NCBI GenBank assembly: GCA_012295275.1
Contig: CM022671.1
Location: 18,538,001 to 18,602,000, forward strand
Reading direction: 5' to 3'
DNA: 64,000 nucleotides
From: Chrysomallon squamiferum
Lineage: Eukaryota > Animalia > Mollusca
The notes under the pieces are model-generated. The model saw only the letters and a program-made list of their open reading frames with translations. It made no database searches and was not told the DNA's origin. The position numbers and the translations under genes were made by a program. Positions 12,701 to 25,300 of this stretch are shown here, one piece after another. Within the stretch, counting starts at the first letter, position 1. Each line of letters begins with the position of its first letter.

Positions 12701-15700
12701 AGTAAATAAACAAAGGAAAAAAGTTATTCAGTTTCTACACAATATTCAAACCTGTAAAGCTGATACTGCATCCCGAAGATGATTTTTGAAAAATAATTCA
12801 CCACTATAAAGACATTTTAGCTACATACACAGAAACATTTCAATTCAGCCTTTTACCCATGGACCCAGATGCTGTGATACAGAAACACAGAGGATCAACA
12901 GGCAGGTAGGTCACTGTCAGTGATGTCAACAGAAAGAGATAGCACAGTTTGAGAGTATACATTCTGTTCAACGATGCAGAACTCTTGTTTTTCTTAAATT
13001 GTGAATAACAAGATAAATACCTGCTTTTAAGCTTCTGACACTGAGCAGTATGGGTAAAACAGTGTAGGTATTATGGTTATAAATAATCCATTTGTAATAA
13101 ATATGAAGTGAAAAAAAAAAATTAAAAATTAAAATTAAACATATTATGTATATCTCTGTCTGTGTGCGTGTGTAAACTAACTGAACAGTGAAAGGATACA
13201 TGAAGCATGAATTAATTAAAACAGAATGCACAATAGATGAACAAAAAATTGAATGAACCACATACTTTTTAAAACAGTAAATACACACACACACACACAT
13301 ATATATAATAAAGAATAACAAAAGTTAAAATACATATTCTTCAAAACTCTATACTCTTTATATATATATATCGAATTGCAAAATGAATGAATGAAAAATC
13401 TTATTTTATAAAAAGTATGCACATTACAGCTATAAATAAGCCATGAACAACAACTGTTGAGGAAAACCAAACTATATATAAATATATTACACTGGAGCGA
13501 TCGGTGGAAAGATAAAAACAGAGGAGTTCATCTGATACTCCATAAATCAGACAGAGCTGTATCTTTTTACATGTAGCTGCCTACATGTAAAAGAAGTCAT
13601 TACATCATCCGCACAAAGCTAACTTACTTCCCACCTGGAATGCTCCAATTTCAGCTGGCCTCAGATACACATAACAACTACTACTGCTACAGCTGCAAGG
13701 AGCATCCGCTGGCTTTATCAACGTTATCAAAGATGTTGGCAGGTTGATGACAATGCCAGCATAAAAGCAGTTTCAGTTTTGTTACCTCAATCCTTGCTAA
13801 CTTCTGGAGGAATGGGTCATCACAACACTTCAGACCGCTGACATGACCTAACCTTTTTAGGAATCTGTTTGCACATCAGCCAAAAGAGAATTTGGGAAAG
13901 TGTGTATAAACACATATATCTCGTAAGTGGGCACAAGCAATCTCAGTTTCTCATAAAACATAAAGAAGAGATGTCCCACCAACAGATGAATGTTTGGAAT
14001 GAATACTGGGCAGTGTGCAATTAATTCCAACTCAGTTAACACTTGGAAAGATAAACAACTGGAGCTCTCCTACTGGCTTCAGTGAACTTTGCTTGATTAA
14101 TTATGGCAGATCTTTTCTGTGAACCTAACAGGCCAATAACAGACCTGAATTTATTTATAAAAAAAGAAAAAAAAAAAAAAAAAGAAGAAGAAGAAAAAAA
14201 AAAGAAAAAAAAGAGGAACATCTGTCATGAACTTATTAATTACGCATGTTCCATGGGTAACTGCGTGCAAAAAGATAAGTAATTAAATAAAATCATCCAA
14301 ACATCCACATTTAAAAACATTTAGTAACAAAAATTTATTAAATTTTAATCACAAAAAGATAAAATTTAAATTATATTTTCAAGTTATTTTGTTTTTTTAA
14401 TGACTAGATAAATTTCTGTTGATTAATTAATTACAGATATGTTAATCCGTTTTTATTAATATTTATTCTGTAACAAAAATATGAATAAACATATTAATAA
14501 TAACTATTAATTAGGGCATTTTAGAGAAAGAAATTTTCTTTAACTTTTAAGTTGTTTATTTTTTTTATTATTATTATTTTTTTTTGCTCTCCCTGGTTTT
14601 TAATGCAGTATCAACATGAACAAAAAAAATATTTTAAAAGGATTTTGCCACACTCCAAACATACATATTCTGTATGCAGAGGGCACAGTAGGCAGCTGAT
14701 TTAATGATTCTAACCTCATGAAAAAGGTTGTGGCAAACAAGTACAAAAACGTTCTTGTAAAAATAGACATGCTTGCAAAATCATTAGTAACATTATTCCT
14801 CTTTTCAAACAAAACAAAAAAAGAAAAAAAAAAAGTGTAAGAAATAGAAAGAAAAAAAGATCAGAATAAGAAACTCAGCAAACTTTTATTTCAAACTCTG
14901 TACAATGGAAAATGTTTAGGAATGTATGACATTATGTAAGTAAATTCCAAGTTGAAATAACATTTATAATGTGAAAACATTTCAGTTTGAATTATAAACA
15001 AAAAACATTTTTGTTTGGTTGTGTTTGTGAGATTATTTTTATTTTATATATATATAGATGGGTTTTTTTATTTGTGAAATAATACATATATGTGTAAACC
15101 TAGATTAGCTCATTTATCTTAATTAATCCATGTTAAATTATATTCAGTATTTCCATATACAAAATTATTGTGGGAATAATATATCTTGTTGTGGAAAAAA
15201 AACCCACCTCAGAACATGTGGATTCTAGAGAAAAAAACAAAAAAACAAACACCAACAATGTCTGAGTCTGTCAAAAGGTAATATTTATTTCCCTATTTCC
15301 AATACTGTGGTCATTGTAAAAACATGTCTAAAACCCCTGTTAACTGAAAAGAATTCATACTTTTGAATTTAGATGGAGTATATATTTGCACCCTAAAAAT
15401 ACTATAATTATATAATTTTAATTACATTAGACAGAAATCCACACTTGATTATGCAACTGATTCTAATGTTAAAGCCTGGAAAAATAAACAGATAGATAGA
15501 TAAATAAATAAATATTTAATAAAAAGACCATTATTAATAATTAATTATAAACATTTTTTAGAACAATAGGACTCTCACTATTATTAATTATATAATAAAT
15601 TATTTTTCTCAAACAAATAAAAAGGAATATTTATCTAAACAAAAATAATAATAAAAAAACATAAAGCTACAATTCTAACAAAATACAAAATCACTTTGCT

Positions 15701-16977
15701 GTTTATACAAATTTATGTAATATCATTTAAACACAGAAATGCTATCAGGTTAGTTCACAGGCCATTACTGAATACTGTACTGTATAACCATCATGTATCT
15801 AATTTAATACTTTAGACATAACTATAAATTATAGGTAATTGATATATATACAATGTGAGAAGATTTCTTTGTTCTTTTTTTAACAAGATCAAATTGTTTC
15901 TCAGCAAAATTTGTTAATTTTAACTACTTTTTTTTTTTTTTTTTTTTTTTTAATGATTAAAATATACAGTAAACTGTAACAGTTTTCTAATATCACTTTT
16001 TATTACTTTTATAGTTTTATGTTGTTTATTTGTTTTTTTCTTTATTTTTCAGTTTTCTACAAACCTATAAAATGATTGCACATATATACCATTAACATTG
16101 ATGATATTCAACAAATAATACAGAAAACATTATTACAATGCTTTAAACATTGTTAAAGTAATTTCCTAAACAGCTGACTGAGTTGTAAAAAATGTAAGAG
16201 TCACTTAATATTTCATTGTGGTCTATTGGTAATCTACATTTATACAACATTTAATGCCATGTATGTTAGTAGCCTGGCAATAACATTCCCCACTCTACAT
16301 TTCCTGTAACCCTCCATTTCCTTTCAGTGTTCATATTTAACAGATATCATCATGCTAAATAAATGAAACATTCCATAACTATAATTTTTTCAAAACAGAA
16401 TCTCAATAAGTTAAAAAAACATAATCAGTTATGTTTGCCTCCTTTCTGTTAATATTTTATTATTTTTAACTTTTAGTATCTGTAGGTTTTTTTTTTTTAA
16501 TGTTTAAAACTCACATATGATGATATATGACACACACTGATTAATCCTTAATGTGGCACTAATCTGTATGTAAAATCAATGACATAATTTTTAACAGTGC
16601 TATAGTTGTAAAATAATTAATATACTTAAATTATAATTATAATGCAGTCATAGATAATACTTTATTTTATTATTAAGCAATTTCCCCCAAAAATTCTATA
16701 ATGCCAAGAGAATTCAGCTTTATTTTAAATCTGATAAACTAAAAACATTTATATATATATTTGCTTCTGGTAACCTTTACCTCTGTATCACCATTAAAAG
16801 GAAATGTTAAAGTAATTTCCAAAACAGCTGACTGAGTTGTAAAAAATGTAAGAGTCACTAATTATTAACAAAATACAGTGTATATCTCTCAAACTTCTTA
16901 AATCATTTTATTTTATTTCTGTAATACACTGATTACTTAGGACATATGATTAAACTCTACTTACCCAAATCATCCAT
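5382..16977 (-). CDS. PXN: Paxillin, 5' portion (3 coding exons in window: 16965-16977, 10370-10575, 5382-5583); the remaining LD and LIM exons lie beyond the left edge
   Basis: Exon 1 ATGGATGATTTGG|gtaagt spliced to ttccag|ATGCTCTGCTTGCTGAT gives MDDLDALLADLQSTT, the paxillin LD1 N-terminus. Exon 2 has a Pro-rich stretch TPPLPPPPPQE. Exon 3 has the LD2 motif SNLTELDQLLQDLN. All introns are GT-AG, with phases 1, 0, 1. Confidence 0.95.
16151..16859. repeat. 55-bp direct duplication (16151-16205 and 16805-16859)
   Basis: tgttaaagtaatttcc(t/a)aaacagctgactgagttgtaaaaaatgtaagagtcact occurs twice with one mismatch. Confidence 0.9.
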
Positions 16978-16979
16978 CA

Positions 16980-17340
16980 CTTTGTGTTTCGGAGTGTAAT
17001 CCGTTTTCTCTTGCATTAAGTTGAACAAACTTCAGAAACTTCCTGCGGATACAATTCCTCGTTACCGGGGAGTTTGGGATAGGCCTATCTGACTGGTACA
17101 GCTCTTCGAGGGGAATCAGATGTCAACAGAGAATGAGAACAGCACTTCCGAAAGTTTGTCGTTCAGTCATAATACACGGGAGCGTTATCAATTTGATTGC
17201 ATTTATAAAGTGCGAAATATTATTCGTTTTAACTTGACATTTTTCGCCATTGAATTTATTAGTTGTGTTTAATTCCTCCGTATTTTTAGAAGCACCGCAA
17301 TAATAGTTTTGTTCTCAGTAAACCGCCATTAAATAAAGAG
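16980..17340 (-). promoter_or_regulatory. Paxillin 5' UTR/promoter region
   Basis: CpG-containing segment directly upstream of the paxillin ATG, unlike the CpG-poor gene body. It contains ETS-like ACTTCCG/ACTTCCT and YY1-like CCGCCATT motifs. The TSS cannot be located. Confidence 0.5.
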
Positions 17341-17476
17341 CACCTACGACTTCAACTAAGTATATACTGTGTAACATTTAACATTTCATTGGAAACAACT
17401 GTCCAAACCTCGTGTACAAATATTTATATTACTTTATGTTATTTACTGTAATTTCATTTTTTTTTATTATCTTCAG

Positions 17477-17536
<60 letters not shown>

Positions 17537-18020
17537 TTAACGTTATTGATATTGATACAATTTTACATTTCCTTCGTGTACCTTTTTAAATTATAATTTT
17601 ACTTTTAAAACCGACTTTCTTTCAACAATTCATCTGTTTCAACAAATTATTTGAGAATTTAAATAGTCATAATCAGGAATGACTAAATGTTATTTTTGTA
17701 TTTATCAAGTTATTACAATACTTATAATTCGAATAAAAATATTTTCCTCTTTATTCACTGGTTTCATATAAATAATTTAAAAAAAAAATCAAAGATGAAA
17801 ACACTGTCATACAGAATTTCCTTTTAACTTTGGCGGTTTGAGATTGTTTCTGATTCAGTAGTTTGTTTCTATAATGTTTCTGTAATAGACAAGTACTGCA
17901 TCTGTTTTTCATAACACTTCTTTCACATGCTATAATCACGCCCGAGAGAAGAGAAACTAGCCATCTTTCATTAAGGGGAGATAACTTTCGTCTTAAACAA
18001 TGTTATTATTCTGTACAGAA

Positions 18021-18180
18021 TAATTTCTATTAATAACTTAAACCTAAGATCAGTTTTCATCTATCCTGTTGTGTTATTCAGTATATGATAATTTCTATTA
18101 ATCACATAAAACCTAGATCAGTTTTCTTCTATTCTGTTGTGTTATTCAGTAGATAGTAATTTCTATTAATAACTTAAAAT
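18021..18180. repeat. 68-bp minisatellite, ~2.3 copies
   Basis: Units taatttctattaat...agatcagtttt...tgttgtgttattcagta start at 18021, 18089 and 18157. Confidence 0.9.
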
Positions 18181-19143
18181 CTCAATTGTTGTATCGCTGT
18201 CACCCACTTGATATAAAAGAAAGGAGAAATATATTTATAATTACGACTCTAGTGTAAATCCTTACATGTTTTTCAAACTTATTTTAAAAAAAAAAACAAT
18301 TATTATTATTATTATTTTATTCAGTTACTCGTATAATTTTATATTGTTTGTCATGATTTTATTATTATGCTGCATTTCTTGAATAACTATGAGTATTTCA
18401 ATAATTATGTGTGTTTTATTCTTAGTTCTATGAATCAGGAAAGATAAGATGTACACTGATTTCTTGAATTTTTATTTAATTATTTAATTGTTTTCGTTAA
18501 CGGTTGTAAAAATATATATATATATTTTAATATTTTTGCAGTGAAATCCATGCATTTCGAAACCAGTATTTTTATATTTTATTTATTTATGTTTTGGTTT
18601 TTTTTGGGGGGGAGCTAATTTGCCAGTCGTATGGTTGGCAACGATACCGGATTGTATACTTATTTAACAATCATTTTGGCTTTACAATTCTTTAGATCGG
18701 TCATTTTCAATGGTACCATAAAAAGTACCATTTAATCGTACATCAATTAGATCCCTATCATAAATTCACCGCCTCGGAAATCTTCGTATAAGTTTGTATC
18801 GACCTAAACAGTAATGTAACCATCAGGTGATTAACACGTGACAACTTTTGTGCGAGACGCAAAGATTTGCAAAAAAATTTATATAGACCTATCTCTGGCG
18901 GAGAACCAGTGACATCCATCCTAATGTCCGTCTGAGCCGTTCTCGCGTATACATGCTCACAGAGGCATACACAATACGGATACAAATATATGCACACGCG
19001 AGTGTATGTGTGTGTGCATAAATGCATTACGTACATACACACTTGTATACGTTCATATATATTATACGTACATTCATTCTTACAATGGTACATAAACACG
19101 AAAATACACAAACTATAATGATGAGAAGAAAAATGTGTTTTTT

Positions 19144-19179
<36 letters not shown>

Positions 19180-19971
19180 GTTATGAACTTCTTTCCTGAG
19201 ACTAATAAGTTATGTCATATTTTTATTTGATTTCAGTTTCATGGCTAAGTATTTCTACAACACTAGCTGTATGCCATATGTAAACAATATTTAAACAATA
19301 TTTAATGCTTGCTCTGTTTCAGCTACTTAACATTATAATTATAAATCTCATAAATTTCGAAGACAAAATTAATAAAGATGATGCAGCTACTTAACAATGA
19401 TGACTCCTATAAATCTGAATGAGAAAAATAATAAAGATCAAATATTTGACAAAACAACAAAAGTATTTTATAAATGTTTCCTATTTGAATTGTCGCATGA
19501 GACCGAAAGTTTGTTTTGAAGAACATTTTATTATTTTTCGATAATATTTAAAATTAAATTTATTTGTTATTAATGGACCAATATAGTCAAAAGAAAAAGA
19601 ATATATAGTCAAAGGAAGAAAAAGATTGTTTTTTTTTCACTCTCCAAAGATTTCGATTGTTTTTTTTTTTCACTTCTTTAAAAAAATTTCAGGAATCGTA
19701 ATACAAGTGTTTATTCTTAAGAACATGTTATTTAAATAGTTTTAGCATTTTATTTACTACAAGAAAATTTATTTTATTTTTCAACAAAGTCTTTTCTATG
19801 TTTTCATATTTTTAAGATTTGGAAAAAGAAAAGTAAATATATTGTAAAAGTATTATTTTTCTTCAAACTTTTAAATTAACTATTTGAAAAACGAGTTTTC
19901 ACAGCTGTTAGAAGAAAGTATCTCACAGTGAAATAAATAATGATTCATTTTCACACAGAACTCAGACAGTA

Positions 19972-20457
19972 TTATAATATAATGCATCCAGTCTTTTCTT
20001 TGAAAGGATTCTTCTCGGGCTTGTTAGGTCCATTTAGGAATAGATTTTCTTCACAGTATTTGACTAAATCTTCTGTCACTTGGGATATTTTCATGTGCAT
20101 CACCTGAGACTCACAACGTAGCTGTTCAATCAGTTGTCTCTGCTGTTGTATGTGTGCCTCCAGTTTGTCAGCTGTAGATAGATAGATTGATAGATAGATA
20201 GATAGATAGATAGAGAGAGAGTGAGAGAGAGAGATTTTAAATAACTTTAGTTATATTTAAAAGAAAATATCAGATATGCATCCATATTACTGCTATTGTT
20301 TTATTCAGCAATAACAAGAAACATTTAATAAAAATGAAAGAGTAAAGTTATATTTAGTTATTAAACATTTTCGTATAAACCTATGAAATTAATTATAACA
20401 TCATAAATATCTCTAGTTATGTCAAATTATAAACATCAGTCTTTCTCATTGTGAGAT

Positions 20458-20498
<41 letters not shown>

Positions 20499-20535
20499 AA
20501 ATACAAGTAAAGAACTCTTGAAAATACTTACCCAT
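19972..20535 (-). CDS. Heterotrimeric G-protein gamma subunit (GGL domain), 67 aa; coding exons 20532-20535 and 19972-20171
   Basis: ATGG|gtaagt in a 20-nt exon (20532-20551, acceptor ctccag) spliced to ctacag|CTGAC gives MADKLEAHIQQQRQLIEQLRCESQVMHMKISQVTEDLVKYCEENLFLNGPNKPEKNPFKEKTGCIIL*. It has the EQLR helix, DLxxYCE, NPFKE and a C-terminal CaaX (CIIL). Confidence 0.93.
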
Positions 20536-20603
20536 GCTAAATGCACGAAATCTGGAGAAACAAATCCAAAAAATATTATTAAACAAAATTTTTACAAATC
20601 AAA

Positions 20604-20674
<71 letters not shown>

Positions 20675-20899
20675 TCTAACCGATTGTCAATCTATTTATC
20701 TATCAAACTATCTTTAAAAAATCAATTCAAATTAAACTTTAACAAATAATGATATAAATACACAAATAAAAGCTCTAAAATGGAAATCAAGAGTCCGACA
20801 TATCAATTACGATTTCTGAATTAACCTAAGTGTAACCAAAGATCAAACTGAAACAATGATCTGGAAAATATTATTTTAGTAAATGCATCTGAATTACAA

Positions 20900-22362
20900 A
20901 ATGTTGATGGCGGGGTTACGACTGACGTCATTACTTTGTGAGTACATATCTCTACTTTAGAAGGACAGTGAAAGGTGGTTATTTTAATTTTAAATATAAA
21001 ATCATGTCGACATGTAGCCACATTAAAATAAATAAAAATAAATAAATATTAATAAGCCGAATAAACAATAAAAGCTACATTACTGGTTTTTCCATTGGGA
21101 GTCAAGATGAATAAATTCTTTCCATTTCCAACTCTTGAATACCAACACAGAGCTGGCCATGACAGAAGTACTGATATATACATTTCAAGTATTTTATGAT
21201 TATATAAATGTAATAGTTATTATGTTTCCAATTATTTTTTAGTCAAAGGATAAAAAACAAATACGTGCTGGTTTTCCTATTGTTCTTAATTACATTTTTC
21301 TGCCCAACGAAATGATTACAATTTTGGGCGTAATATTAGGACATCTAACGTTTTTAAATTAAAGAAATTACGGAAACTCGTGGAAACTGATAAGCCAAAG
21401 ATGAGGTTGGACACCACTTGAAGTTTACATTTGTACCGAGGTCATCATTTGTCTTCAAGTACTGGATTGCCAAGAATATTACACTGATTTATTTATCCAC
21501 TACTTCGGATATGCTTCCAATTAAAATATGTATTTATTTATTTATAATAAATCGCTTTGATGTATATGCATAGCCCCGAATATCATTGTGATGTGAGATC
21601 AGATATTATATTGCAGTATATCGCAATACAGTTTTCTCAATATGTTTAAACGAATAGTTACTTACATCACAAATTTAAACACTTGAAAGAAAACAAAAAT
21701 GATAAATGGATCTTCATCCAAGTTATGTTGTTCAGTCTTATTTCTCCCCCCCCAGTTACTGCATATACTATCAGTTAAATATTATGATGGAAGACAGGAT
21801 TTTTAAACTTTTTATTTTTTAAATGTCTTTTCTATGTGTTTTTTTTTTTTTTTTTTATTGAAACAAGGAATAGGAAAATGGATATTGGAGTACTCTTAAT
21901 TATTTTTTCACGTCATTATCAGTTTATCCTTTCGCTTGTACACAATTTATTTATTTATTTTAATCGGAAAAAAAAAAAAAAAAAAAAAAAAAATAAAAAT
22001 AAAATTATCGATAAATGAACTTTCATTGATTGACCATTATTTGTTATGTGGAAGTGAGAACTGATTGGTTTTGGGTAAACCAAATGAATGTACAGTTTAT
22101 ATTCTACGTCATTGCTTTCTGTGTCTTTCTTTGCATCACGTGATACGCAATAGGGTTACCTTCATTATGTTTATATTTATCTTTAATTATTTCAATTTGT
22201 AAATTTTAATTATATTCGCTTAATTATTTCAAAATAAAAAGCGCGCATTTTTATATTTAATTAAAAAAAAAAAAAAAATTAAGTAAACATTTTACTGTAT
22301 TATTTATGAAAAACAGGAAAACGATGGATATTATTTAGAGCGCCATATTTGATTTGAGCAAA
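20900..22362. promoter_or_regulatory. Divergent (head-to-head) intergenic/promoter region between the G-gamma gene and the Ice2-like gene
   Basis: CpG-retaining interval between oppositely oriented start codons. It has a perfect CRE palindrome TGACGTCA at 20923-20930, YY1-like GATGGCGG (~20906) and CGCCATATT (22341), and a candidate minus-strand UTR-exon donor gtaagt at 21665. Confidence 0.5.
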
Positions 22363-25300
22363 ATGTTTTGCATTGGTCCGTGTTTATGTTTCATTGAGTT
22401 TCTGCCATATATATGTTTAGTAACACTGCCATTTTATGGTGCATTTTGTGGCGTTGATGTTATATTACGACTTTCGCTGCTACTGTATATTCATTCTGTA
22501 ATTATCAATTACGTACCCAAAGTTCTGGTAAGTTCACTAAACCTTGCCTTCGGGTTACCAAAAATCGGGCTATAGGAATGTTTTCCGAATTCGTGTTTTT
22601 TTCATATCAAGTCAGTTTGAAAAAATAATATCCAGCTGTATTAATTTTAGTAAAGAAATCAAAATACAAAATATTTAATTTTATCGTCAGTATATTCCAT
22701 AGTGTACCAATAATTATGGTGCATTTCAAAATGCAATTCGCATAAACGTTTTCAGTTTTAAATGTGAACTTTTTGATATTATAAATTTAAGTGATAATAT
22801 AATGCAGTGTAAAATAATGTAATATAATATAATTTAATATGTATCCATTTATTTTCAGCTTTCTGTGATTCCTTACCTACAGTTCAGTTTATTAGTTGGT
22901 CTCTTATTACTGCCAATCAACCTGACACCAGGACCAGTAATTTGGATCTATGATAAATTAATATGGCTTGCAGAGCCACTGTTTCTTTTAGCAGAGGTTG
23001 TCCTGGCTCTAAACTTTGTTATGCGTTGCAGTCAGCGTGTAGCTGATAAAATTGAAGATGATGATGAACATGCCCCAAAATGGAAGGTAAGGGTTTACAA
23101 ATTTCTATGAAAGATTTCTGTGTGAGAATTATTGATTCTACCAGACCCCCAATCCTAATTCTTATCATGAAACAGAACATACTGCTAAACCTGATATCAG
23201 AATTAACAACAGTCTAGACAATTTCCTAACAATATTTTTTCTTTCATTTTTTTTACTTGTTAAAATGAAATAAAATAAGTAGTTAATTGGTTAAACATTT
23301 CCATATAGTAATGGTGTCATTCCACTTAGATTACTTCCAGTTACTATAAAATATAAATATTACTAAGTATCAATAAAAATATAACTGAATTAATACTCAG
23401 TAATGAATTTTGAATACAAAATGAATAATTACCAATTTATTACATGTATATATATATATATACAGTTCTAACAACAAACAGTAAATGGCAGATCAGTTGG
23501 ATCACAATTTATTATTCACTAATTCTTTGTTATATTGATGCACTGTATATTTGATTGCGGCTAGGAAATCAGTTGCAGAATATGCACCATCCTTGAACAG
23601 TTTGGTCAGTCACTGATGAATACATTCATCATAGTGATGGTATTTCTTTCTTTTTCTGTTTTTAAAAAAATTGTTTAAGTATATTATTTTTTAGATTTAT
23701 CTGTTTCATTCTGCTGTAACTGTATGCAGGAAGCATTATTGCATCATATTAATTGTTATATATCTACATGTATGTCATAGTATAAATGGAAGATGTCTAA
23801 GAGAAATGAAACCATAACTATAAGTAGTGGAACTTGGTTTGTATCTTTCCCATAGCATATGTGTGTTGAGTTTGGGTGGATTTTAAAAAAAATATTAAAA
23901 GTTTTATAAGTTTTAGAATTTACAAAATATTTAGTGGCTGTTTACCATTTTCAGGTTTGTTAATATTTCTGTTTCAGGCTGTTGTCATCCTTTTTTCTCT
24001 CTTTTGCTACTTCATCAGTGTTTTTCTCATTGTCAACTTTTGTTATGAATCATCTCCCATACAGTTATGGTAATAATACATTTTTTCTTTTGATTTTTAA
24101 CTACTGTTGAAACTATACACATTCATTGAAACACACACAGAATTCACAGCAGCATTATCAATATTTTAAATAATGCTTAAATTACATTATTTTAAAATTT
24201 GTTACATCTGAATCTCTATAATGACATCAGTTTAATACAAACAAATTATATACAAATGTTAAAACAGTTTTATAGTGCAAAATTTCACAAGAATTGATTT
24301 TGAATTAGGTTTATTAAATTTAAGTTGTGATATTAATCTATGTTTTATTTTGTAACCTCATGTTTTGAATGTTAATAAGCGTAACAAGTGTTTTAAATAT
24401 TTGTGATTACTGTCATGTTAACAGCCTAAACAATATGATATTAAATATTTTGAATATTTTATTTTGTAATGTCATCTTTGTCATGTTAATCACAGCAAAT
24501 AATGTTATTTTGAATATTTGTAGGATTTTTTAAATGGTTATTGTCACTTTAACAACTAATAACAATATAATTTTAATTTTAAATAGTTGTAGATTTTTTT
24601 GGTTGTTATTGTCATGTTAACAACTTGTAACAAAAAAAATGTTCAGTTTATATAATATTTTATTTTTAAGGTTGGTGTTTGTAGTTATGGTTGTGTTAAT
24701 AACAGTACACAATATGATGTGGATGGCTCCCCAAGAAGGTTGGTAATCTAATGAAATGGCTACTTTAAATTAAAATTGTACCTATATGTTAAAAGTCTTG
24801 TGTAGTTCTTTAATCAGGAAATTATCAGGAAAAAAATGAATAGTGTTAGGATCAAGTCAATATCAAGTCAAATAATTTGCAGTTGTTCCTTTTACCCACT
24901 TGTATGGAAATTGCAGAATTATTTTAAAAGATAATTTTTTTTTTCCCTTCATATTGAAAGTATCAAATACTAACAAATAATTAAGAACACTGACACAGTT
25001 AGGCACAGCCACACGTTATTAGTCAACCAAAACAAACACTTTGATGTAATATTTAAGTTAATGTGTCATTTTGTTTTTGTTTTATTAAAGTGTTATTTTA
25101 TTAGAGTGTTTACATTCTTGATATCAACAGATACATGTTTTAATTGAAGGAATCCTGAGTGATGCTGCTTTCTGCTGTCTGTGTAGTATGGTCGTCTTGT
25201 ATGCCATGATGGAAGAAACACAACAAGTTCAGCATCCACTTAATGTACCCTCAGCATGGAACAAGTAAGTGATTCAGTTGTGTTTTTCTTCGTCTTTTTT

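Noticed and set aside
18898-18946. Short hairpin (gagaac...gttctc) with CTGA downstream of a TATA-like sequence; considered as a C/D snoRNA or Pol III RNA
   Set aside because: No proper C box, too short, and no terminator; not supportable.
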